From an uncultured Christensenella sp. (GTDB lineage Bacteria > Bacillota > Clostridia > Christensenellales > UBA3700), in NCBI GenBank assembly GCA_910584035.1, contig CAJTZR010000002.1:1-52341 (forward strand): a stretch of DNA of 52,341 bases, given 5' to 3'. Below are positions 28,363-39,400 of the stretch, piece by piece. The number at the start of each line of letters is the position of its first letter. Position 1 is the first letter of the stretch. The position numbers and the translations under genes were made by a program. The notes under the pieces are model-generated. The model was not told where the DNA came from. It was given only the letters and a program-made list of their open reading frames with translations, and made no database searches.

Positions 28363-28760
28363 TATGTATTTAATTTGCGGAGTTTTACCTCCCTAATAGT
28401 AAAAGAAAAAAACTATTGCAAAAAAGTAATTTGTATAATATAAGTATAATTTGAATGTATATTTTTAAACAAAATAGGCGGGTTAAAAAATTCTTGCATA
28501 AAAGTCTAAGTTGCTACTAAATAAATATTATTGAGGAGATAATAATGGTTAAATGCAAAAACATTCTAAATAGCAATTGTAGATAACAGAACAAAATTTG
28601 TATTAGGAAAGGTTGGTATATAATTGTTATAAAGCATTTATTATTAATTCAAAATGTTTATAAATTGAGGCATTATGTCATAAATTCAATTTTCATACAA
28701 AATAATAGCTTGATTGTGCAAAAAATAAACAAATTTTTTATAAAATTTGTTTTATTACTA

Positions 28761-28789
28761 TTGTAATTTTTTTGATATAATGCTATAAT
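28761..28789 (+). promoter_or_regulatory. Putative sigma-A promoter of gyrB-gyrA
   Basis: TTGTAA (28761-28766), 17 nt, TGcTATAAT (-10 at 28784-28789). It predicts a leader of about 205 nt. Confidence 0.5.
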
Positions 28790-28807
28790 AATATTATAAT
28801 AAAAATA

Positions 28808-28828
28808 ATACGCACGCACGTGCGTGTG
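28808..28828. other. Alternating purine-pyrimidine GC-rich palindrome (Z-DNA or cruciform candidate) in the gyrB leader
   Basis: ATACGCACGCACGTGCGTGTG alternates Pu/Py for 21 nt. Its core CACGCACGTGCGTG (28813-28826) is a perfect 14-bp palindrome. 13 of the 18 positions 28811-28828 are G/C, within a very AT-rich spacer. Confidence 0.6.
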
Positions 28829-29003
28829 AGAGTGGCTTATTTTTCAAAAAATTGCCACTGCAATAATGTAGTAACTTAATCACAAAATGTTGTAGCATTT
28901 TAAAGTTGTTGAGAAGTAATTTAAAGATTACAAAATAGATTCTTTAAATAATTTTTAAATTAAATAAGCTACATCATTAAATAAATATTAGCGAGGAGAT
29001 ATT

Positions 29004-30905
29004 ATGGGTGAACAAAAAAAATATGACCAAAACGCCATACAAGTGTTAGAGGGGTTAGAACCAGTTCGTAAAAGACCTGGTATGTACATCGGTTCGACAG
29101 ATGAGCGTGGCTTACACCATTTGGTAATTGAGGTGGTTGATAACAGTATTGATGAGGCAATGGCTGGATACTGCGATTTAATCAAAGTTGAGATTACAAA
29201 AGATGGTGCTATTTGTGTTGAGGATAATGGTAGAGGTATTCCTACAGGCATTATTGAAAAAGAAGGCAAATCAGCAGTTGAGGTTGTACTTACTAAATTG
29301 CACGCTGGCGGTAAGTTTGGTGGTGGCGGATACAAGTTTTCAGGCGGTTTGCACGGCGTAGGTATTTCGGCTGTTAATGCACTTTCTGAATGGCTTGAGG
29401 TTGAAGTTTGCCAAAATGGTAAGATATATGCCCAAACTTATAATAGAGGTGTGGCACAAACTGCATTAAAAGTGGTTGGTGACACTGACAAAACTGGTAC
29501 AAAGATTGTCTTTTTACCAGACGATACTATTTTTGAGACTGTTGAGTTCCAATACCCACGATTGTTACATAGACTTAAAGAGCTTGCTTTTTTGAATAAA
29601 GGCTTAAAAATCAACTTTAAGGATAGCCGTGAGGGCAAAGAGCAAGAGGACTTTATCCACTACGAGGGCGGTATTAAGGAATATGTAAACGAGCTAAACA
29701 AAAAGGACGCATTACTTGCAGAGCCTTATTATATGAGCGTAATGGCGGATGATTATCAAGTGGAAATCGCTTTGCAATATAATGATTCATATAGCGAGAA
29801 TATTTATTCTTATGCCAACAATATTCACACTGAAGAGGGTGGTACTCACGTTGATGGCTTTAAAAATACAATTACAAAACTATTTAATGATTATGGTAAG
29901 ACTTTAAACATTTTGAAAAATGATGAAAAGTTGAGCGGTGACGATTGTAGAGAGGGTTTGGTCGCAGTTGTAAGCGTTAAATTGGTTGACCCACAATTTG
30001 AGGGACAAACAAAAACAAAATTAGGCAATAGTTTTATGCGTAAGGTGGTTGCGGATAGCGTAAACGAGTCCTTTGGCTCATTCTTAGAGGAAAATCCAAA
30101 GATTACTAAGGACTTGGTATTGCGTTCAATAACTGCTAAAAAAGCTAGAGAAGCTGCAAGAAATGCTAGAGATTTGACAAAGAGAAAATCTTTCCTAGAA
30201 TCTACAACTCTGCCAGGTAAGCTTGCCGATTGTACAGAAAAAAATAGCAAGCTTTGCGAGGTATACTTGGTTGAGGGTGACTCAGCGGGCGGTACTGCTA
30301 AACAAGGTAGAGATAGAAGATTCCAAGCAATTATGCCACTTAGAGGTAAAATTCTTAATGTTGAAAAAGTAAGACTTAACAAAGTGCTTGAAAATGAGGA
30401 AATCAAAAATATGATTACCGCTTTCGGTTGCGGAATACTTGAGGATTGTGACGTAAATAAGCTTAGATATGACAGAATTATATGTATGACCGATGCCGAT
30501 GTAGATGGTAGCCATATCAGAATATTATTGCTTACATTCTTTTATAGATATATGCGTCCAGTTATTGAGCAAGGTCACGTATATGCAGCACAACCACCTC
30601 TATACAAGGTATCAAGGGGCGGAAAGAATGAAAAATATTTTTATGACGATGCCTCACTTGAGGAATATATGCAAAGCATAGACCGTAAAGGCGAGTTGCA
30701 AAGATATAAAGGTTTGGGCGAAATGAATGCCGAACAGCTTTGGGATACTACAATGAATCCAGAAACAAGAACGTTGTTACGAGTAAGTATGGAAGATGCA
30801 AAGAGTGCGGATGAGGTATTTACAATGCTAATGGGCGATGAGCCAGAACTAAGACGTCAGTTTATTGAGCAAAATGCTACTATGGTTGAGGACTTGGATA
30901 TTTAA
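29004..30905 (+). CDS. gyrB: DNA gyrase subunit B
   Basis: 633 aa with [26 protein letters not shown], the GHKL ATPase, the Toprim EGDSAGG motif, and [10 protein letters not shown]. Confidence 0.97.
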   Translation: MGEQKKYDQNAIQVLEGLEPVRKRPGMYIGSTDERGLHHLVIEVVDNSIDEAMAGYCDLIKVEITKDGAICVEDNGRGIPTGIIEKEGKSAVEVVLTKLHAGGKFGGGGYKFSGGLHGVGISAVNALSEWLEVEVCQNGKIYAQTYNRGVAQTALKVVGDTDKTGTKIVFLPDDTIFETVEFQYPRLLHRLKELAFLNKGLKINFKDSREGKEQEDFIHYEGGIKEYVNELNKKDALLAEPYYMSVMADDYQVEIALQYNDSYSENIYSYANNIHTEEGGTHVDGFKNTITKLFNDYGKTLNILKNDEKLSGDDCREGLVAVVSVKLVDPQFEGQTKTKLGNSFMRKVVADSVNESFGSFLEENPKITKDLVLRSITAKKAREAARNARDLTKRKSFLESTTLPGKLADCTEKNSKLCEVYLVEGDSAGGTAKQGRDRRFQAIMPLRGKILNVEKVRLNKVLENEEIKNMITAFGCGILEDCDVNKLRYDRIICMTDADVDGSHIRILLLTFFYRYMRPVIEQGHVYAAQPPLYKVSRGGKNEKYFYDDASLEEYMQSIDRKGELQRYKGLGEMNAEQLWDTTMNPETRTLLRVSMEDAKSADEVFTMLMGDEPELRRQFIEQNATMVEDLDI

Positions 30906-30914
30906 GGAGGGATT

Positions 30915-33491
30915 ATGTCAGATAAAGAAAAAGAGAAACAAGCACAAGACTTAGAGCAAGTGCTTGAAAAAACAAATATAAAGAAAATTAATATTGAACA
31001 CGAAATGAAAAAGTCATTTATTGCGTATGCAATGGCGGTTAACGTATCACGTGCTATTCCAGATGTGCGTGACGGCTTGAAACCCGTTCATAGACGTATT
31101 TTGTACGCAATGAGTGAGTTAGGTCTTACATCAGATAAACCATATCGTAAATGTGCCCGTATCGTTGGTGACGTATTGGGTAAATATCACCCTCACGGCG
31201 ACACAGCAGTGTATGAAGCTTTGGTAAGACTTGCACAAGACTTTTCTATCCGTTGCCCTCTTGTTGACGGACACGGTAACTTTGGTAGTGTGGACGGCGA
31301 CCCTCCAGCTGCACAACGTTACACTGAGGCAAGAATGAGTAAAATCGCAGCGGAAATGATTAGGGATATTGATAAAAAGACTGTTGATTATTATCCTAAC
31401 TTTGACGATACATTAATGCAACCATCTGTTTTGCCAGCAAGGTATCCTAACTTATTGGTAAATGGTAGTGATGGTATTGCGGTTGGTATGGCAACCTCTA
31501 TCCCTCCACATAACTTGGGTGAGGTAATTGACGGAACTATCGCATTAATGGAAAACCCAGATATGGACATTGAGGAACTTATTGACTTAATTCCAGCACC
31601 AGACTATCCAACAGGTGCTTTGATAATGGGTAGAAGTGGTATCAAAAAGGCGTATAGAACAGGTAAAGGTAGTGCTATTTTGCGTGCAAGAACTGAAATT
31701 GAGGACTTTAACAACGGCACAAGACAAAGAATTGTTATCACTGAATTGCCATATCAAGTAAATAAGGCTAAACTTATTGAAACTATTGCAGAATATGTTA
31801 AACAAAAGAAAATTGAGGGAATTAGCGACATTCAAGAGCAATCTGACCGTGACGGAATGAGAATTGTTATTGACGTTAAAAAGGACGCTCAAGCTCAAGT
31901 AGTGCTTAATATGTTGTACAAGCATACAAGCTTGCAAATTAGCAACAGCATTATTTTGCTTGCACTTATTGACGGCACTCCAAAGGTAATGAATTTGAAA
32001 GAAATTCTTACTGCATATATTGAACACCAAAAGCAAGTTATTGTAAGACGTACTCAATACGATTTGGAAAAGGCTTTGGAAAGAGAGCATATCTTAAAAG
32101 GTTTGGTAATTGCTTTACATAATATTGACGAGGTTGTTGCTATAATCAAACGTTCCGAGGATAAAGTTGATGCTACAAACAAACTTATGGAAACATTTGC
32201 ATTGTCAGAAAAGCAAGCAAATGCTATTCTAGAGATGAGATTGCAAAGACTTACTCATTTGGAAATTGACAAGTTGGAACAGAATTTGGAACAGCTTGAA
32301 AAAGACATTGCAGAGTATCAAGATATTTTGGCAAAACCTGAAAGAGTTCAAGAGATTATCAAGACAGAAATGCTTGAGATTAAAGAAAAATACAATACTC
32401 CAAGACGCAGTGAGTTAAGCTATGACTATAACGATATTGATATTGAAGATTTAATTGAGAAAGAGGATATAGTTATCAGCCTTACACATCAAGGCTATAT
32501 CAAACGTATGGCAACAGATGAATATAAAGCTCAACGCCGTGGCGGTGTTGGTGTTACTGCACACAAGGCTAAGGATGAGGACTTTGTAGAAAATGTATTT
32601 AACTCAAATACTCACGAGCCAATACTATTCTTCTCTAACTTTGGTAAGGTTTATAGACTAAAAGCATATATGATACCGGAGGGGTCAAAGACAGCAAAAG
32701 GCAGAGCAATGGTTAACTTGCTAAACCTACAAGACGGCGAACGTATCAATGCAATATTGCCACTTGCAACTGGTGAGGCTGGATATTTGGCTTTGGCAAC
32801 TAAAAAAGGCTTGATTAAAAAGACAGACTTATCCGAGTTTGAACGTATTCAAAGTAATGGTAAAATCGCTATCAAATTGCAAGAGGGTGACGAACTTATT
32901 GGAGCAATGCATACAAATGGTGATAATGAGATTATCATTGCATCAACTGGCGGAAAGTGCATAAGGTTCCACGAGCAAGATATACGTGATACTGGAAGGT
33001 CATCAATGGGCGTTAAATCAATTAGTTTGGACGATGGTGAATATGTAGTCGATGCGGCAATCGTGCGTGAAAATACCGATGTTTTGACGATTACAGAGAA
33101 TGGCTATGGTAAGAGAACAGACATTGACGAGTATAGATTCCAAGGTCGTGCTGGTAAAGGTATCAAAGTTGGCGTATTGAACGAAAAGACTGGTAACGTT
33201 GTAAACTTAAAACTTGTATCAAGTGACGAGGACGTTATGATTTTGGCGGATAATGGCGTTGTAATTAGATTAAATGCGGACTCAATCAGTAAGATTGGTA
33301 GAAATACTCAAGGTGTACGCTTAATGAGATTGAAAGACGAGGAAAGCAAAGTTGTATCATTTACAATAGTACCACGTAGTGAGGACGAACCAGCTGACCA
33401 ACCATTAGAGAGTGCGGAAGAGGTAATTGAGCAAGCCGAAAGTAATGCAGAGGTTGCAGAAAATACCACAAACTCTACAATAGAGGAATAA
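30915..33491 (+). CDS. gyrA: DNA gyrase subunit A
   Basis: 858 aa with [19 protein letters not shown], the active-site region [11 protein letters not shown]-terminal beta-pinwheel repeats, and an acidic C-terminal tail. Confidence 0.97.
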   Translation: MSDKEKEKQAQDLEQVLEKTNIKKINIEHEMKKSFIAYAMAVNVSRAIPDVRDGLKPVHRRILYAMSELGLTSDKPYRKCARIVGDVLGKYHPHGDTAVYEALVRLAQDFSIRCPLVDGHGNFGSVDGDPPAAQRYTEARMSKIAAEMIRDIDKKTVDYYPNFDDTLMQPSVLPARYPNLLVNGSDGIAVGMATSIPPHNLGEVIDGTIALMENPDMDIEELIDLIPAPDYPTGALIMGRSGIKKAYRTGKGSAILRARTEIEDFNNGTRQRIVITELPYQVNKAKLIETIAEYVKQKKIEGISDIQEQSDRDGMRIVIDVKKDAQAQVVLNMLYKHTSLQISNSIILLALIDGTPKVMNLKEILTAYIEHQKQVIVRRTQYDLEKALEREHILKGLVIALHNIDEVVAIIKRSEDKVDATNKLMETFALSEKQANAILEMRLQRLTHLEIDKLEQNLEQLEKDIAEYQDILAKPERVQEIIKTEMLEIKEKYNTPRRSELSYDYNDIDIEDLIEKEDIVISLTHQGYIKRMATDEYKAQRRGGVGVTAHKAKDEDFVENVFNSNTHEPILFFSNFGKVYRLKAYMIPEGSKTAKGRAMVNLLNLQDGERINAILPLATGEAGYLALATKKGLIKKTDLSEFERIQSNGKIAIKLQEGDELIGAMHTNGDNEIIIASTGGKCIRFHEQDIRDTGRSSMGVKSISLDDGEYVVDAAIVRENTDVLTITENGYGKRTDIDEYRFQGRAGKGIKVGVLNEKTGNVVNLKLVSSDEDVMILADNGVVIRLNADSISKIGRNTQGVRLMRLKDEESKVVSFTIVPRSEDEPADQPLESAEEVIEQAESNAEVAENTTNSTIEE

Positions 33492-33517
33492 TTGTTTAAA
33501 CTAATATTTGAAAGCAA

Positions 33518-33667
33518 ATAAGGCTAAATAGAATAAAGCTAATATTAAAATTAATTATAGCTAAAATACTAAAAGAAATTATTGTTAAAATATTAAATTA
33601 AATAAAGCTAAATATGATAAGGCTAATATTCTATAAGTAAATATTTAAATGCAAATAAAGCTATAAC
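33518..33667 (+). repeat. Array of ATAARGCTAAWAT-like short repeats in the gyrA 3' region
   Basis: Copies at 33518, 33533, 33556, 33602, 33617 and 33655, plus a weaker one near 33707. They lie between the gyrA stop and the terminator at 33762. Confidence 0.4.
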
Positions 33668-33761
33668 AATAAATATAAAAGTAAAATAAGTTAATTATTT
33701 AAATAAATAAGGATAAACAATTATAAAGTATAATATTAAACATTGAAGTATAATAAAACAA

Positions 33762-33793
33762 AAAAATGAGCTTGTAAAAAAGCTCATTTTTTG
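33762..33793 (+). terminator. Intrinsic terminator downstream of gyrA
   Basis: AAAAATGAGCT pairs with AGCTCATTTTT (11-bp stem, 8-nt loop). It lies 270 nt after the gyrA stop. Confidence 0.7.
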
Positions 33794-34292
33794 TTTGTGA
33801 TATAGTAAGATATAAACTCATTAATAAAAATAAACTCCCAATAAATAAGGGGCGTGAACATTTTTTAACAACTGATATTAATTAAATAAGTTTATATTTT
33901 AAAATACTAATTATAAGTTCGTCCAGTGTATAAGGCTTATCTTTAAGCTTAAAAGCATTTAAAAATTTAATACGGCAATTCAGCTTTATAAGCAAAACTA
34001 TATTAATTTAATACTGCAAAACAAGTGACTTGCATTGTAAACAACGCTATATTAAAATAAAACTGATTAATTCCTATAAATATTTTATTTAAAAAGTGAA
34101 TTTTTTGCGAATAATTATTGAAATAATTACAATTTAGGTATATAATAAAAAATACAAAGAAATTTGAGTAAAAAAAGAAGTCGATATTACTTTAAATAAT
34201 TAGTATTTGATTAATAAAACTTTTTATAAGGCAAAATTTTAATAACATAAAAAAAGTTTCTTTATAATTTAAGATAAATTGAGTGGTGAGTT

Positions 34293-35096
34293 ATGCAAAA
34301 GGAAAGAATTTTAATACAAGGTGTGGAAGGGTCATATTCCCATATATTCGCAAAAAGTTTAGGGTATAGCAAAATAGATTTTGCACCTACTTTTGACGAG
34401 GTTGTTGAAAGGATAGAAAAAGGCGAATATGAGTATGGCATTTTGCCTATTGAAAATACTACTGCTGGTGAGGTAAGAGATACTTACGACTTATTAGACA
34501 GCCATAATGTTTATCACGTGGCAATGGGTGATATTAAGATTAGCCATTGTCTTTTAGGTGCAAAGGATAGCAAACTTAGTGATATTACAAAGGTATCCTC
34601 ACACCCACAAGCATTAATGCAATGTGATAAGTTTTTAAAAAAGCAAGGTTATTCCATTTATAATGAATTTAATACAGCAATTGCAAGCAAAAAGTTAGCA
34701 GAGGAAGGGGATAAAACACACGCAGTTATTGCATCACATTTAGCGGGGGAAATTTACGGCTTAAATGTACTTTGTGAAAACATACAAAATGTGGATAACA
34801 ACTTTACAAAATTTGCGTTGCTTTCAAACAGCTTGGAAAATGTACAAGACAATAAAATCATAAGCATAGCTTTAGAGCTTAAAGATAAACCAAATGTGCT
34901 TGGCGAATTACTAAATATTTTTACAGAATACAATATTAACCTTACAAGAATACAATCAAGAAATATACCTAATACTTGCTTTAAAATTAGATTTTATATT
35001 GACTTTGAGGGTAGCATTAAAGATAAAAAAATTAACGAAATGCTTACAAAAATCGCTACTAAATGCCTAAAAGTTAAAATTCGTGGTGTTTATTAA
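34293..35096 (+). CDS. pheA: Prephenate dehydratase
   Basis: 267 aa with GVEGSYSH and ILPIENTTAGEV (PDT domain) plus a C-terminal ACT domain. GGTGAG SD. Confidence 0.85.
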   Translation: MQKERILIQGVEGSYSHIFAKSLGYSKIDFAPTFDEVVERIEKGEYEYGILPIENTTAGEVRDTYDLLDSHNVYHVAMGDIKISHCLLGAKDSKLSDITKVSSHPQALMQCDKFLKKQGYSIYNEFNTAIASKKLAEEGDKTHAVIASHLAGEIYGLNVLCENIQNVDNNFTKFALLSNSLENVQDNKIISIALELKDKPNVLGELLNIFTEYNINLTRIQSRNIPNTCFKIRFYIDFEGSIKDKKINEMLTKIATKCLKVKIRGVY

Positions 35097-36147
35097 GCCT
35101 TTGGCAATAGTTTTTTGATAAAAAAGTGTGAAAGGAATATTTGCTCACTATCATAAAATCAATTAACGTTATATGCTGTAAAAAATTAAAATAAAAAAGT
35201 TAATATTTAAGTGGAAAGTTTCAAAATAAAAAAGCAAATAATTTAGCAAATATTATGTTGAAAACTAATATTTTTATAAAATAGTACATTAACACAATCA
35301 ATTTATTTTAATTGTAAGTATTGACATTTGTTACAATTATGGTTTGTCAAATTCTTATAAGAGTATACTGATAAAAAGTCATTTTTGTACAATAGCTTAA
35401 AAGTAGTGTAGTCTAATTAAAATTATCAAGTTTTAAAGTAAACTAGAGTTGTTAAGCAAAAAATATTACTAAGTTGATAAATATTTAGTAAACATAGCAA
35501 AAAATGTTAGCAAGTAATATAGTATATAGATAAATTGCTATGTAAAAAACATTTATCAACATTGTTAGAATTTATAATCTAGTTGTCCCATAATAAAGTT
35601 GCGTTAACTTAATAAGTAAAATAAATAGCATTTACATAAGCTGACATTAATTATACAATAATGATTTGTAAGCCAAGTGAATTATTTTAGGAATTTTATA
35701 AATTACTTGCATTAAGATTTGTTAAATATAACTCGAATGTAGAAAAAAATTAATATCTTAAAAGCTAAAATGCAAATTAAAAGGTTTATTGAACTAGTAT
35801 ATATTTTTACAAAATAAAAATTATGTTGTATTAAATTTGATATAATCATTTTAAAACAAAAGCTAACGCTTTGTTTTACTACATTTTTAAATAAAATAAA
35901 TTAAAAAATAAGAGTAACGTTTTTTAATTAATAAATCAAGTTCAATATAGTAAAACTAATTTTAGATACTGATAAATATCTTTTGTCTACGTTTTGTGGG
36001 GTACAAATAGTAACTTTTTTGAGTGTATGGATAACTTTTGATACTAAAAGCTTTTAAAAGGTAATTTTAATTTTCATTAAATATCTACATTACTATTTTC
36101 ATTTAGTTTAATTTGCAACTGCGTTTTGAGAATAAAAATCTAAAAAC

Positions 36148-36185
36148 AAAATCACCTACCAATTAAGGGGAGGTGATTTTTGTTT
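36148..36185. terminator. Bidirectional intrinsic terminator (end of the plsY-giant protein operon)
   Basis: AAAATCACCT (36148-36157) pairs with AGGTGATTTT (36171-36180). It is flanked by A-run and T-run, and lies about 300 nt after the stop at 36479. Confidence 0.65.
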
Positions 36186-36478
36186 TATAATATCAATATT
36201 TTTTATAAGTTTTTATCCAACAAGCTTTTGCTTTTTTATTAGGACTTTGTTTTAAGTCTTTTTAATCTTTCATTTAAAATGCTAATAATGTTTTTGTATC
36301 ATTATTGCTAAAGCTTGTTAAAGCTATGTGAACAATTAAGATTTTTACAATAATACCTTTATGTTATTACTACTTTTGTTAGTTTGAATCTTTTTGTGCA
36401 ATGCAAATTTTTTAACTCTAATAAAGTTTTTGTTTTATTGCTTAAAGATTTGTTGTACTTATGTGAGCAACTTACATA

Positions 36479-39400
36479 TTATAAAATACTAATGTCATAA
36501 GTAGTATCATCAGTTTGAGGTTTTATTTGTATATCACTTGCTGGAACAGCGTTGTTTACAAATACACCATAGCAGTACAATTGCATTTCAAAGCCCTCAA
36601 CATTTGCATCTGCAAGAGAGAATCTATTTGCAAGCAAGTCTGCAAGCTTAATATTTTGTAGAGCAGTAGGTGCATAAATGTATTGGTCAGTTTCCAAATT
36701 AATTGAGAATCTAACTGCATCAGATAAGATTAAATCTACCATAGCATCCAAAGCTGATTTTACATTTATTTGAGTAGTTCTTGTAGTAGGTGTGCTTTCA
36801 CCGCTATCGCCACTATCACCGCCATCTGGGTCAACTGGTCCTGGGTTTTCTGGTTCACTACCACTACCTCCGTCACCACCTTCACTGCCATCACCGCCAG
36901 TAGTAGGAGGTGTCATTAAGTTGTTTAGGTAACTTGTCTCGTCAGTGTTTAAGTTGTTAATAAATGTGTATTTAGTAGCACTTGTCAAGTCAGCCATACC
37001 ATTATTTAATACTACAAACGTACCGCCATAGATTTTTTCTGGTAGGATAACATTTGCTAAGTCATTACCACCAATTAAGCTGTTAGACATTTCAAAGTGC
37101 ATAAATAGCAAACCATTTGGAGCTGTCTCAATTAAGTTACGTGGTACAATGTCTTTGCTTGTATCCGCATCGCTAAAGTCTACCAAACCTAAGTCTGCAA
37201 CGACATTTCTAAAGTCACTTACGCTATTAGCCTCACCAATGCTATTGTTGCAGAACAAACCGAACTTAGTCAACTTGGTTGTAGCGTTATCAACAGCTTT
37301 TTTGATTTGTTGACCAATATAGCCATCATAAATTTTAATAGAGAAAGTGTTGTCAGTATTCTCAAGTATCTCATAAAGGAACTTAGTTTGAGTTGCTCCC
37401 TCAGAGTTAGTAACATCAAATTTGCCGTCACTGCCAGTCAATGGGTTCATTGTAACAGAGGTGTAAGAGTATTCACCGCCATCTTTCTTAGGCAAGTTGT
37501 TAAGCTTGTAAATAACACTTCTTAATGTCTCGCCAGTGTCGCCCTCTTGATAGTTATCGCCAGAAATGTTTTTGCTAATCAATTGATACAAGTTTGTGCT
37601 TGTAAAACCATTAGTTTCGCCATTTACTGGAATTTTAACTGCTTCATCAGTTGCAACTAATGCAATACCTTGATTAGCAAAATCTTCAAATGATGTTTTG
37701 ATAGTTTCACCAATGTTATTTGCTACTGTAGTTTTATCAAAGTCTGCACCAGCACCATCTGTTTTGATAATCTTATTGATTAATTTCAAAAGGTTATCTA
37801 TTTGGCCATCGTCAGCGGCATTAATTTTGATTGTAGTAGAGTAGTCGTTTAATGAGATTATAGCACTTACTACTAAATAATCTGCAGCAAAGTTTTCAAG
37901 TTTGATACCAGCAATACCTTGAGCATTTTTGTCAAGAGTACCAGCCATTCTCAAAGATAATGTATTTTTTGTTTCGTCAACACTCATATCTACAAATTTA
38001 AAGTTTTTATAAAAACCAATATCTTTAATAGTAGATAAGTTACCACTTTGCTCAATAAGCTTAGCAAGCTCAAGAGCAGTTATTGCAAAGTTGCCATCTG
38101 TTGCATCATTCATATTAGCTTTAATACGTGCTAAGTCAAAAGTATTTGCAAGATTGCCTGCTGTAATGTTACTACCAAGCTCTTTCAATGTCTTAAATAC
38201 ATCAGTGCTTGCAATATTGTTTTTGTAGAAGAATTTTCCGTTAAGTTCACGTTTGATAAAGCCAGTTTCACCAGTTAGGTAAGTAGTATCAAGTTTATTT
38301 ATAATTTGACCATTATTTTTATCAAACTTTGTTTCTTCGTCATAGTTATAGTAACCTGCCATTGTATTTTGGATAACTTCTGCAGACATTTTGTTTGCTG
38401 TTTCAGTTTCACCCTCGTTTAGGACGTTTGCCAAAATTTCATAAATAGTAGGTAATTGCAAACCTCCTTTTATAAAACCAATGTGCATATCCTCTGGCTC
38501 TTCACCCGTTGGAGGAACGATAGTCTCAAGAGCAGGGTAAATAGCAGAATTTAATTTGTTAATCAAATTTTCTTTAGTAAATTTAGATAATGTATCATTA
38601 CCAATACCACCAACAGAGTTATTGGAACCATCTTCCTTATCAGCAGTTAGTCCTGCAATAAGTTTTTCAATAGTTTCAAACATTTTGTCGCTATCGCTTT
38701 TGTTGTCAGAACTTTCGTCTTTAGTGTAGTTAAAGATAATGTCTGTTTTTAATTCCCCATTTTTATCCATAGGAACAATTACTTTAATATAAACATTTTT
38801 AGGGAATATTGACATAATTAGTGGCTCTAAAGCACCTAATTGATTGCCAACTTGTGTCTTAATGATACTTGCAATATCAATATAAGCAATCATATCAATA
38901 GTTTTTTCAGTTAGAGTAAGCTCAAGAATTTCCATTTTGAACTCTTCGCCCAACTTTTCACCAATTGTAGTGTTTATAATTTGAGCAAGTGCCGCATCAC
39001 TTAATTTAGCTTTTTCGGCTAATTGGTCATTAGTGTAATTGTAGATATAATCGTCTTCAAATTTGCTTTTGATATTGATATGTTCTGGAATAGTTTCAAT
39101 CTTATCCAAGAAATTATCTGGGGTAATATCTTTGCAGAATTTTTCGTCAATACCATAAGTTGCAAACAAACTTGTTACTGAATTGCTGAAAGCCTCTTTT
39201 GAGGTCGGATTTGTTACGTTTGCATTAATATAAGAATTAATATCAGCGTAATCAAAATCAACAGTGTGCATATGTTTAACCATCAACAAAAAGTCAGTTG
39301 ATGTAACATTAGTAACATTCATTTGTCTTAAAGCAGTTGTCAAAAGGTCAAGTTTAATTTCACCATTTGCAGTTTCCTCAGTAGATGGTGCAATAACAAT

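Noticed and set aside
29891-30406. Long antisense ORFs inside well-supported genes. Examples: 29891-30406 and 28988-29335 in gyrB, 31587-32090 in gyrA, and 5646-6047 in mnmE. Others: 13208-13525 and 13889-14287 in dnaN, 12725-13102 in the methyltransferase, 49148-49654 in ftsH, and 40883-41314 in plsY.
   Set aside because: These are shadow ORFs opposite strongly conserved coding frames. They have low-complexity or Ser/Leu/Ile-rich translations, no SD, and no recognisable motifs.
33800-34292. T-box or riboswitch leaders upstream of pheA (33800-34292), purC (50900-51153) and upp
   Set aside because: I found no T-box consensus (AGGGTGGTACCGCG-like), no purine, ZTP or PRPP riboswitch cores, and no PyrR binding loop by eye. 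An Infernal scan would be decisive.
34790-34798. Perfect DnaA box TGTGGATAA inside pheA, plus near-matches at about 21043 and 36027
   Set aside because: These are isolated single boxes inside or far from replication genes, as expected by chance in 52 kb. They are not clustered and have no adjacent unwinding element.
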